Positions 25,901 through 31,483 of a DNA stretch of 32,000 nucleotides are shown here, piece after piece (the first letter of the stretch is position 1; every line of letters begins with the position of its first letter). The notes under the pieces were generated by a model. That model saw only the letters and a program-made list of their open reading frames with translations. It did not search any database and was not told the origin of the DNA. This stretch comes from an uncultured bacterium (GTDB lineage: Bacteria > Auribacterota > JACPWU01). The DNA is taken from the NCBI GenBank assembly GCA_964640155.1, contig CAZXEQ010000004.1, forward strand, positions 30,001 through 62,000. Reading direction: 5' to 3'. The position numbers and the translations under genes were made by a program.

Positions 25901-28502
25901 TCGCAACGCGAAGACAACCTCTAGAGCAATCATCAATGAGATTCAATCTGATCCTGCTACGGTTAAAGTTTATCTTAAAGAGCATAATATTACATTGCTT
26001 ATAGATGCTCGAACTGTGGATGGCATAAAACTTACGGATGCACAAGTAGGTGTACTGTTAGAAACTGCGTTAGCTAAACTAAAACCTCAAGACTATGGTT
26101 CTTTGATGGGCCCCCTTCGTGGGAAAACCTTTGTACTGGGTCTTTTAGATCAATCTGAAAATCTCTTTGAAAATTATTTAGCCGACGGACTGATTGGAAT
26201 TAATCCTGCGGTACTAGCAGATTTACCACTTGAAGCAAGAAATGTCGCCTTGCAAACAGGCATTATTAATGAACTTTGTTATAAAGTATTCTCTGTAGCG
26301 CAAGAGCACAGATCTGTGACGGATAGACTTCTTATCAGAAATATCTCACTGACTCAAGCTTTGCTGGAAGAAAAACCTTCTGAAGCTGTAAAAATTTATG
26401 TTCAAGCTTTAAATCAGGTTGTTGAGCCCGGTCTCTACCTGACTGAGCTAGAAAAATTTGTATTAGAAATGTCAAAACCTACCACACAAGCAGCTATTAT
26501 CATCCGCCATGCGTATGATGATTATTATGAAAAATTTAAAACTGTTACACGTCGAGCTCCAGAAAGATTTGAAAAGCGTGAATGGCATAAATCAATTGAA
26601 GATGGAAAAGAAAGAGTGCGTCTTTATAGGAATGCGCTTGACCAAATAGAAAATGAACTTAAATCCATATTAGGAAACGAAACAAATAGTCCTGACCGAT
26701 GGAATGAAATAAAAAAACAATTCACCAAAGATATTGATGGTCGTTATGATGCTGATCTAGCCCTAACATTTTTTTATTCAGTTCAGCGAAGATTTTTTTC
26801 AAAATTGGGAGTCTCAGTTGAATATTCTGATGATGGAGTTGCAACCTATAGCGCAATTAAGGCTGAACGGCCTTATCATCTCCATGAACAGTGGAGCACA
26901 ACGCAAGGATTGGTTGAACAAATTCTTAGAAAAATGTCGTTCAAGATCCCTTATCAAAATCTTGAGGAAGATTCCAGGTTAGCAGCAAAACTTCTAGATC
27001 AGGATTTTGCAAAACTTCTACCAGGACAAAAAATTGATTCGGTTGAAATTTTACGACCTGTTTTCTTTCGCAATAAGGGCGCTTATGTGATCGGTCGACT
27101 CAGGTCTGGCAATAAGTTAATCCCGCTAGCTTTTGCATTGTTAAACGGAGAAAGAGGATTAACCATTGATGCAGTCGTCACAGGCTTGGATAATGTCAGC
27201 CGTATCTTTTCCTATACACGTTCAAATTTTCACGTGGACACAGAGGGTTATCGCGAATTGGTTGATTTCCTAGAAAGCATGCTGCCCATCAAAGGACGGG
27301 CAGCACTTTATTCTTCTATTGGTTTTATTCACTCCTCAAAACTCGAGCTAATTAAAAACCTAAGAGCACATATCGAAGGTACAGGGAAGAGGTTTGAACG
27401 GGCTGAAGGCATCGAAGGAAATGTGATGAAGGTCTTCAGTGTTCCAGATTTTCCTTATGTTTTTAAAATTATTATGGATGAGTCTATTAAAAAAACATTT
27501 CAAGGGAAACAGCATGTCATTAATCAATATCAGAAGGTTCATGAAATGGATCGAGTCGGCAGAATGTTAGATGCACATCTATATCAAAATTTAAGATTTA
27601 AAAAATCTCTTTTCCCTGCGGATTATCTTCAAGAATTATTGAGAACCTCGCCTAGCAGCGTAGCCGTTGAAGGTGAGGATGTAATACTTAAACATGTTTA
27701 TGCTCAAAGGCGTATGACACCATTAAATGTTTATCTAGAGAAGATGAAAGAGAACCCTGATGAATTAAAACGCATCTTGATTGACTTTGGAGTCTGTATC
27801 AAAGATTTGGCAGCCGCAGGAATGTTTGTAGCAGATATTTTGCCTAAAAACTTTGGAGTAACACATTATGGCCGCGTTGTTTTATACGATTTTGATGATG
27901 TAGAAGACGTTCTCGGTCTTCAGTTCGGGTATAAACGGGATTTATCGCCTGTTTCAAACGCATTGTCACTAGATAAGCTTTTTGATGACATGGAACAAAT
28001 CCAAAGAGAAGAGGAAGAAAAGGGAGAAGTTTTAACAAAAGCTCGAGAGATATTTATAAGAGATGTTCTTAAAGCTCTAGAGCATAAATCCTCAAGAATA
28101 ATCCAATTAGCTGATTTTGATGCTGCAAAGGCTGAGCTACGTAGATTATGGTCTATTGTCTCTCAAGATGAGATGGCCTCAGAAAGTGACGATGGTATCC
28201 CTAACTTTTATGTTCCGGACGATATGATACTATTAGACGAAATAGAATATTTTATGCAACTGAGAGAACCTCTTTGGACTATTTTTAAATCGGTTCATTC
28301 AGATTTATTTACAGTAGCTTTTTGGGACGAAGTTAAAAAAAGACTTGCAAGAAATGAAGTTCTGGATGTTTTTCCTTATGAATTAGATCGAAGATTGCAT
28401 ATGCCCCAAGTGAAAGCCGCATCAGAATTAATCCCTTTTGATCGACCTCGTATCGAAGCCTTTGAACATCCAGCCCCAGATCCTATAAGTTGGGCTGCAT
28501 AA
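16947..28502 (+). CDS. giant (about 3,850 aa) signal-anchored repeat protein with C-terminal AceK-like (isocitrate dehydrogenase kinase/phosphatase family) domain
   Basis: Uninterrupted 11.6-kb ORF; the maximal ORF starts at 16914. I prefer the ATG at 16947 (aggaa 9 nt upstream), downstream of the predicted transcription start. Hydrophobic N-terminal segment 16989-17063, internal repeats 22146-24976, AceK-like region 26491-28400. Confidence 0.9.
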   Translation: MHFLTSSKLGNYRKLTSLFLSLALAIDCSIFTGASLAMGQDLLPNSRKIELSKISPSLQNLILPGMQNGKTFKGDGESQFMLIRDLHCQEEAQIKIAQGIELLNKKHGVKQALIEGAEGLVRTGLYSSFPDDKIRQQVASEFLKEGYLSGAEYAAIKMGKNADLTLYGVEDASLYIENFRAFRNTRKLYQSKLKSIKKIDEWLRTLKKEKYSKELLSLDSALEKTSNGKIDVESLINSIKSFEPSQELKALEEWEKVIKDSKAINPEKIQTSLSSLINHLRMQLVQEEMKEVIQWTLEYRLKKIKTSEYLARLKQKAGEATFNQEYPILESWRDLSQRQESLDIEQLIKSCQSKLQEQMIKLSKQENVEPLLNLDQHWKQIHHLIKLELSRSELEELKKNGFPTKAFGNDMTDLKDLIESAWQFYELAQKRDHVLTQNALRALKSPVISLQSPENKNTLELETGDRKQATILITGGFHTEAIQKQLEESNISYTTWTPIVSNNISQSLYEKIMMDERFDLDNIEFSQKRISTRHEKDPIRQMLATPASLAQCWQRFDRERQEVLEKFLSKMVEEELKHGGSFIAVLDRWLAKDDIEKFNDDETRFLRNIASRFEKVFSINKVDETNREEVEFAIGLAEQAFGKDSAFASLVKGLLVEKNRPTLLKKDPALNVIENPQTHIFELHKTLTEMINLYFNERDEFQSRFGSADVMLTLEEVLKRISIKYVEGIPALEDDLDEDDSLLDDDMEDVPARKDDEFQEVCCNFGITTIHLMFCVRSVLPKNQQEWALDRIKDLYRTPFENMPAVFKNEIGFLLWNPSRGLILWKNFLGAIRIDVTDGEATPRKYEGLIEIPIGTLIQMIETTLHSEAAPLSMQVYRTLEQVAIWHRGELTQSLFTALSSAYAREDLDPSIKAKIERIIDKISEVRPDLITGKGGTSVAEEGIDEEKDIHTALDANFKRGSVIAVTDVDLNSLDEKKIDELSAEKLIELFAKNVNNIPGDRFNYQNAVRKYWRYLLIDRGEGSQTNLMHVKNYLKILLVSRGPVKEFHRYIIPMGEESILDRVLVLDHAGKQAKTKKKGKNSREVKTVFLNEKALIAGEDLKEQLRVLIQHAKQDLEEGKHKWRGEEKKSIDELWDEAKKVKSSINKRFPNRGVRFIGMSSQKIAWMAIVAILGGSGISLDVVTANDLAAVAFLSYVIKRGVDREDSSALIMILLIKYVLGNPHSTDFSIRYAKRFLMERLSQYPSLLSSCLNKMRPFFLAEHSNSKALEDFCEILLDAAETQPDSRKEICIFFEEIVDKAPSPQAVLYALNAIEFIRKNFIALISKKTVGAVGSVFTRHKWGEKEKDIFREARQLLANLVMIDRDGIPSIALSAYKEVLRDSNLNPFACSELVMLVMILNVFLDSAAVDAIEQALKTLGEMLKEQDQTKWPENSLYSAAFLSIHALQLIALMRPDLKEEVVKALERILKDLSTPEVVRDDVRVALFVLDEEKISEKTVDDMLDSAERVLSIECDGLDLAVQAIDKITRESPGSLSSKTLTALTKLLHRSGLSENLAIYIQKTTERINKARPELSKEIPSAYLNEADDEKIDKALKRILDDASEKDFHFVQGKAEKGKTGKLKVNPEVEGKIKAALARLARIYPAITAYGVVVLRGMPYSGHFSPKRGGRLYIPTEILDIASSGDETFAVQIIEDHLEHEYLRSTGMTHDAVVKICNEKRPGIHEEVGRRYKNKVAQEKLQALLDIDLEQMKSGTDLSDVLKEKLEYVHKRKSDVEEITFEGIAQKMSENQKLIDTQGLDAIDTPLGCIDLRRLNDITQYQGEDAKIELAKDLEIAHLLGLIRIKGFRGRISLVSHPLRLLESPKIDITWSDTFWLRNELKKLAQAAPDGNYNGRPILEILRDDEGQIWFYEQVFGNNVAEMHLGMIYTALPKELKTRGKLLENWGVLPLNYSLVKKLKEEVGRLVEAGINGTYNGRPVLKIVADDEGQIWFYEQVFGDNLGKMNLGAIYSALPKELKAQGKLLENWGMLQLNHNLKEETLSQIKVEEHSQERPNKNRTAQEKSQVLLNINLDQMKSGTDLNKVLKERLGYDRKQTLDAKEITLEDIAQIMSEGGEVIDAQGLDMLETPIGRIDLRRLNDIKQYQDEDAQVELARDLEIAHWLGLLRIKEFRGRISLVSIPVRVLKGPKIDISWSNTFWLRHGLKKLNEGDVYKGENVSEIVKDDEGQIWFYEQVFGKDIEGMNLGSIYTALPKELKTRGKLLENWEVLPLNYSLVKKLREEAGRLVEAGINGTYGGRPVSEIIADDEGQIWLYGQVFGKDIEKMNLSNIYSTLPKELKIRGKLLENWGVLPLNYSLVKKLREEAGRLVEAGINGTYGGRPVSEIIADDEGQIWLYGQVFGKDIEKMNLSNIYSTLPKELKIRGKLLENWGVLPLNYSLVKKLREEAGRLVEAGINGTYGGKPVSEIIADDEGQIWFYEQVFGDNIGRMHLGTVYSVLPKELKAQGKLLGNWGKLQLNYSLVKKLREEAGRLVEAGINGTYGGKPVSEIIADDEGQIWFYEQIFGDNIERMHLGGIYTALPKDLKAQGKLLADWGILQLNYVLAKKLREEVGRLVEAGINGTYKGRPVAEIIANNEGQIWFYEQVFGKDIEEMNLSNIYSALPRKLKKTGELLQNWHGRATSPDHISPSRASGSIGLLPYGSISGDTGIKADVVLAQARSKPTITFTIAEAKNAISNDLKGRLGQFMRTETYRSLLNEETRTAFEGSAEKPTTMRVIKDQVEVAKNKDGASYGHYNETESDSTQLVGEKLLESFLEEDPATSTIKDPEILALWIQIEMARKIYEQNNEVPDPRSSWQVVKDLKIKPSLFEKLNNHVIHVKVKEDIRRFQEARGALDIADFIKWAIEESHASTNQNSEVAGVDIGSLQGKYLEEMQHQLATLLQDHEKAERTLQGLSQQQPNPIIKAEFQIPLKRSSKYYASTSSRNAKTTSRAIINEIQSDPATVKVYLKEHNITLLIDARTVDGIKLTDAQVGVLLETALAKLKPQDYGSLMGPLRGKTFVLGLLDQSENLFENYLADGLIGINPAVLADLPLEARNVALQTGIINELCYKVFSVAQEHRSVTDRLLIRNISLTQALLEEKPSEAVKIYVQALNQVVEPGLYLTELEKFVLEMSKPTTQAAIIIRHAYDDYYEKFKTVTRRAPERFEKREWHKSIEDGKERVRLYRNALDQIENELKSILGNETNSPDRWNEIKKQFTKDIDGRYDADLALTFFYSVQRRFFSKLGVSVEYSDDGVATYSAIKAERPYHLHEQWSTTQGLVEQILRKMSFKIPYQNLEEDSRLAAKLLDQDFAKLLPGQKIDSVEILRPVFFRNKGAYVIGRLRSGNKLIPLAFALLNGERGLTIDAVVTGLDNVSRIFSYTRSNFHVDTEGYRELVDFLESMLPIKGRAALYSSIGFIHSSKLELIKNLRAHIEGTGKRFERAEGIEGNVMKVFSVPDFPYVFKIIMDESIKKTFQGKQHVINQYQKVHEMDRVGRMLDAHLYQNLRFKKSLFPADYLQELLRTSPSSVAVEGEDVILKHVYAQRRMTPLNVYLEKMKENPDELKRILIDFGVCIKDLAAAGMFVADILPKNFGVTHYGRVVLYDFDDVEDVLGLQFGYKRDLSPVSNALSLDKLFDDMEQIQREEEEKGEVLTKAREIFIRDVLKALEHKSSRIIQLADFDAAKAELRRLWSIVSQDEMASESDDGIPNFYVPDDMILLDEIEYFMQLREPLWTIFKSVHSDLFTVAFWDEVKKRLARNEVLDVFPYELDRRLHMPQVKAASELIPFDRPRIEAFEHPAPDPISWAA
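22614..23057 (+). repeat. in-frame 246-nt (82-aa) tandem repeat, units 1-2
   Basis: DDEGQIWFYEQVFG cores begin at 22656 and 22902, exactly 246 nt apart. Confidence 0.9.
23577..24976 (+). repeat. in-frame 246-nt (82-aa) tandem repeat, units 3-8
   Basis: DDEGQIW cores at 23619, 23865, 24111, 24357, 24603 and 24849 (strict 246-nt period). 23750..24333 is a perfect-identity tract of about 2.4 units. Confidence 0.95.
26491..28400 (+). other. AceK-like kinase/phosphatase domain (domain within giant CDS)
   Basis: Collinear similarity to E. coli AceK as I remember it, ours first in each pair. EWHKSIEDGKERVRLY / DWHAVQQAMKNRIHLY. GIEGNVMKVF / GIRGMVMLVF. VFKIIMD / VFKVIKD. HEMDRVGRMLDAH / EHDRVGRMADTQ. 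RRMTPLNVYL / RRMVPLNIWL. KNFGVTHYGRVVLYDFDD / KNFGVTRHGRVVFYDYDE. HSDLF...FWDEVKKRL / HADLF...YWRALQNRI. Confidence 0.85.
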
Positions 28503-28527
28503 TGATTCTGATTAAGTCACAATTTTA

Positions 28528-28556
28528 TTGTCAACCTAACTCAGCTCCAGTATCAT
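28528..28556 (+). promoter_or_regulatory. candidate promoter for the pyrophosphatase gene
   Basis: TTGTCA (28528-28533), a 17-nt spacer, then TATCAT (28551-28556). Confidence 0.3.
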
Positions 28557-28634
28557 AACTTCAATTTTCAAACACAATTTTCAAGTCAGTTGTTAATTAA
28601 GATGTCCTCCTAAGTCAAACTCAAGAGTTTTTTA

Positions 28635-31226
28635 ATGGAAAGGGTGTCAAAAATGGGGAAAATCATTCAATCTATTTATCAACTTGCTCGTAAACCTCTT
28701 GTTTTTAGCCTTTTCATTCTTGCCGCAGCTTTTGCTGTAGCTTCTACCATTGGAAATAATTCAGGGACTGACGGATTAAGTCACTCTTTTCGTTACTTTG
28801 CATTTATGACGGATGCTAAATTTTCTTCTGGCGAGCGTATCGCCCTCTGGGTTGTTTTAGGCATTGCCATCTCCGGTCTTCTATATGCCTTAATGCTCGT
28901 GAAACAGGTTTTCCGTGCTGACAAGGGAACTGCTCGCATGCAAGAAATTGCAGAGGCCGTTCGCGAAGGTTCCAATGCTTATCTCAAAAAACAGCTGACC
29001 ACCGTTTCTGTTTTAATTCTTTTTCTTGTTGGAATTTTATACGTGACCAAAGCATCTCAAGATGGAGACTGGGCAAGTCCATTTGCAACAGGTCGAGCCA
29101 TTGCATTTTTCATTGGAGCTTTGTTTTCAGCTGCTGTCGGTGTCGTGGGGATGAAGTTAGCAACTACCGGAAACTTGCGTACTGCTGCTGCAGCTCGTGT
29201 AGGATTTGGTAAAGCTTTAATGCTTGGTTACCGCACAGGAACTGTTACAGGAATGCTCACGGATGGATTAGGCCTTTTGGGTGGAACCATCATTTTTATG
29301 GCCTATGGTGAACATGCTTATGAAGCTCTTTTAGGATTTGGATTCGGAGGAACTTTGTTAGCACTTTTCATGCGTGTCGGAGGAGGAATTTATACAAAAG
29401 CCGCTGACGTCGGTGCAGATCTTGTAGGAAAGATTGAAAAGGGAATTCCAGAAGATGATCCAAGAAATGCGGCCACCATTGCTGACAATGTCGGAGACAA
29501 TGTAGGTGACTGCGCAGGAATGGCTGCAGATATTTTTGAATCTTATGAAGTCACCATTGTCGCAGCTATGATTTTAGGCTGGGCTTCTTTTGGGCACAAA
29601 GGAGTCATTTTCCCAATTCTCGTTCGAGCCATTGGTGTGCTTGCTTCTATTATTTCAACCTATCTTGTTAGAGCAGGGGACAAAGGAAATGTGGCACAGG
29701 CGATGAAGTCTATTAATTTTGGATTTATTGTTGGATCTACACTTTCTATTATTGGATTTCTTGTTCTCGGCTTTTTTTACTTAAGATTTGACCCCACGCT
29801 GGTCAACAATCCACTAACATGGGATAACATTGCATCCTTACCCAAATGGATTTCATTTGGTATACAGGGATTGGACATGCGTCCAGCTTATACCTGTTTA
29901 ATCGGCGTTATCCTTTGTGTCATTCTTAATCGCATCACAGAATATTTTACAGGCACAGAATACAGCCCCACCAAAGGGATTTTAAAGTCCACACGCACGG
30001 GACACGCCACAACGATTATTGAAGGTTTCGCTGTTGGATATGAATCTGCCGTTTGGACTGCTGTTGTTCTTTGTGCTGCTATTTTTTCTTCTGTTTTTGT
30101 CTATGCTGGAACCAATGCTATTTTTATCGCCTATGGCGTTGCTATGTGCGGTATTGGAATGTTGACTCTTACCGGCAATACTATTTCCATGGATGTTTTT
30201 GGACCTGTTGCTGACAATGCCAATGGTATTGCGGAAATGGGTTTTGATAAAAAAGAAATGGGCGAAGCCAATTATAAGACTTCCAGACAAACTCTTGCAG
30301 ATTTAGATGCAGTAGGGAATACCACCAAAGCTGTCACAAAGGGAGTGGCCATTGGCTCCGCAGTCATTGCCGCTGTTTCTCTTTTTGCATCTTACATCAC
30401 AGTGATTGCATCTGGAGGACAAGGCGAAAATCAAATTCTTCCTATTGAGCTTTTTAATAAAATTGCTGAGCTTTTGACGCTATCTAATCCTAAACTTTTG
30501 ATTGGAATGCTCATAGGTGGGGCTGTTCCATTTTTATTTTCGTCCATGCTCATTCGAGCTGTTAGCCGAGCAGCCTATCTTATTGTGAATGAATGTCGAA
30601 TTCAATTTAGAGATAAAGAAATTTGGGAAGGCAAGAAAAAACCTGCCTACGGCAAAGTGGTTGCCATTTGTACCGCTTCCGCTCAAAAAGAATTAATTGG
30701 TCCAGCTGCCCTTGGAGTCATGACACCTATTCTTGTTGGATTTGCGTTAGGTCCTGTCGCATTAGCAGGTTTCTTAGGTGGAGCAATTGTAGTAGGGCAA
30801 TTGTTGGCTTCTTTCATGTGTAATGCGGGTGGTGCTTGGGATAATGCGAAGAAAATGGTTGAAGATGAGACACCAGATTTAGAAAAAAATACAGGCAAAG
30901 GAAGCGAAAAACACAAAGCCAGCGTGACAGGCGACACTCTAGGCGATCCTCTAAAAGATACTGCTGGACCTGCCATTAATCCATTGCTTAAAGTTATGAA
31001 TATGGTTGCGGTATTAGCCGTGCCTTTGATGGTGGCTTATGATAAAAATATTGTAGAAACAGTAAAGCAGGGAGCTCAAGCAATAGGTTTTTTTATACCA
31101 GAATCTTTTGTTGCTAAAACAATCGATGTAGCTTGGATTGGGGCTGTTATCGTACCTCTGTTATTTATTATATGGGCTGTCAGAAGATCCAAAAAAGAAA
31201 TCCCAGAGCAAAATCAAGCCAGCTAA
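28635..31226 (+). CDS. hppA: membrane-bound proton-translocating pyrophosphatase, K+-independent type
   Basis: GGGIYTKAADVGADLVGK, DNVGDNVGDCAGMAADIFESY and GDTLGDPLKDTAGP motifs. GNTTKAVTKG carries Lys at the position that distinguishes K+-independent enzymes. The start could instead be the ATG at 28653. Confidence 0.92.
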   Translation: MERVSKMGKIIQSIYQLARKPLVFSLFILAAAFAVASTIGNNSGTDGLSHSFRYFAFMTDAKFSSGERIALWVVLGIAISGLLYALMLVKQVFRADKGTARMQEIAEAVREGSNAYLKKQLTTVSVLILFLVGILYVTKASQDGDWASPFATGRAIAFFIGALFSAAVGVVGMKLATTGNLRTAAAARVGFGKALMLGYRTGTVTGMLTDGLGLLGGTIIFMAYGEHAYEALLGFGFGGTLLALFMRVGGGIYTKAADVGADLVGKIEKGIPEDDPRNAATIADNVGDNVGDCAGMAADIFESYEVTIVAAMILGWASFGHKGVIFPILVRAIGVLASIISTYLVRAGDKGNVAQAMKSINFGFIVGSTLSIIGFLVLGFFYLRFDPTLVNNPLTWDNIASLPKWISFGIQGLDMRPAYTCLIGVILCVILNRITEYFTGTEYSPTKGILKSTRTGHATTIIEGFAVGYESAVWTAVVLCAAIFSSVFVYAGTNAIFIAYGVAMCGIGMLTLTGNTISMDVFGPVADNANGIAEMGFDKKEMGEANYKTSRQTLADLDAVGNTTKAVTKGVAIGSAVIAAVSLFASYITVIASGGQGENQILPIELFNKIAELLTLSNPKLLIGMLIGGAVPFLFSSMLIRAVSRAAYLIVNECRIQFRDKEIWEGKKKPAYGKVVAICTASAQKELIGPAALGVMTPILVGFALGPVALAGFLGGAIVVGQLLASFMCNAGGAWDNAKKMVEDETPDLEKNTGKGSEKHKASVTGDTLGDPLKDTAGPAINPLLKVMNMVAVLAVPLMVAYDKNIVETVKQGAQAIGFFIPESFVAKTIDVAWIGAVIVPLLFIIWAVRRSKKEIPEQNQAS

Positions 31227-31283
31227 TTGGTAAAAGGTTGTTCTGTCGGTTTTTGTTTTTTTAAGTTTGAAAAACTCTTTTTC

Positions 31284-31313
31284 TTGACAGTTCAAAGGGT
31301 GATGTAGTAGTAT
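31284..31313 (+). promoter_or_regulatory. candidate promoter for the pyrR leader
   Basis: TTGACA (31284-31289), an 18-nt spacer, then TAGTAT (31308-31313). Confidence 0.35.
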
Positions 31314-31334
31314 TAATCAAATTAGACCTTTTAA

Positions 31335-31354
31335 TTTGGTCCTGTGAGGCCAAA
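31335..31354 (+). promoter_or_regulatory. putative PyrR-binding stem-loop
   Basis: UUUGGUCCUGUGAGGCCAAA hairpin. The UCC..GAGG core resembles the PyrR binding-loop consensus (ARUCCAGAGAGGYU as I recall it). It lies upstream of an intrinsic terminator and of pyrR. Confidence 0.45.
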
Positions 31355-31395
31355 AAAGGAGAGTTATGAAGCAAATACATACAAGAAAAGACAGA

Positions 31396-31425
31396 AGCCT
31401 ATCCCTTGCAGGGAAGGCTTTTTTT
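31396..31425 (+). terminator. intrinsic terminator/attenuator in the pyrR leader
   Basis: AGCCT(A)TCCCT-tgc-AGGGAAGGCT stem (10 bp with one bulge) followed by a run of T residues (31419-31425), 58 nt before the pyrR ATG. Confidence 0.6.
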
Positions 31426-31483
31426 ATGTCTAAAATTTCTCCCATATCAACAACTTTACTTTCTCAATCCTTTGGAGAAGCTT

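Noticed and set aside
26491-28400. Annotating the giant gene simply as aceK (isocitrate dehydrogenase kinase/phosphatase).
   Set aside because: The family similarity is real. However, the domain is fused to more than 3,000 unrelated residues with a signal-anchor, carries a large insert near the substrate-recognition region, and has no aceBA or icd context in the window. Transferring the metabolic function is not justified.
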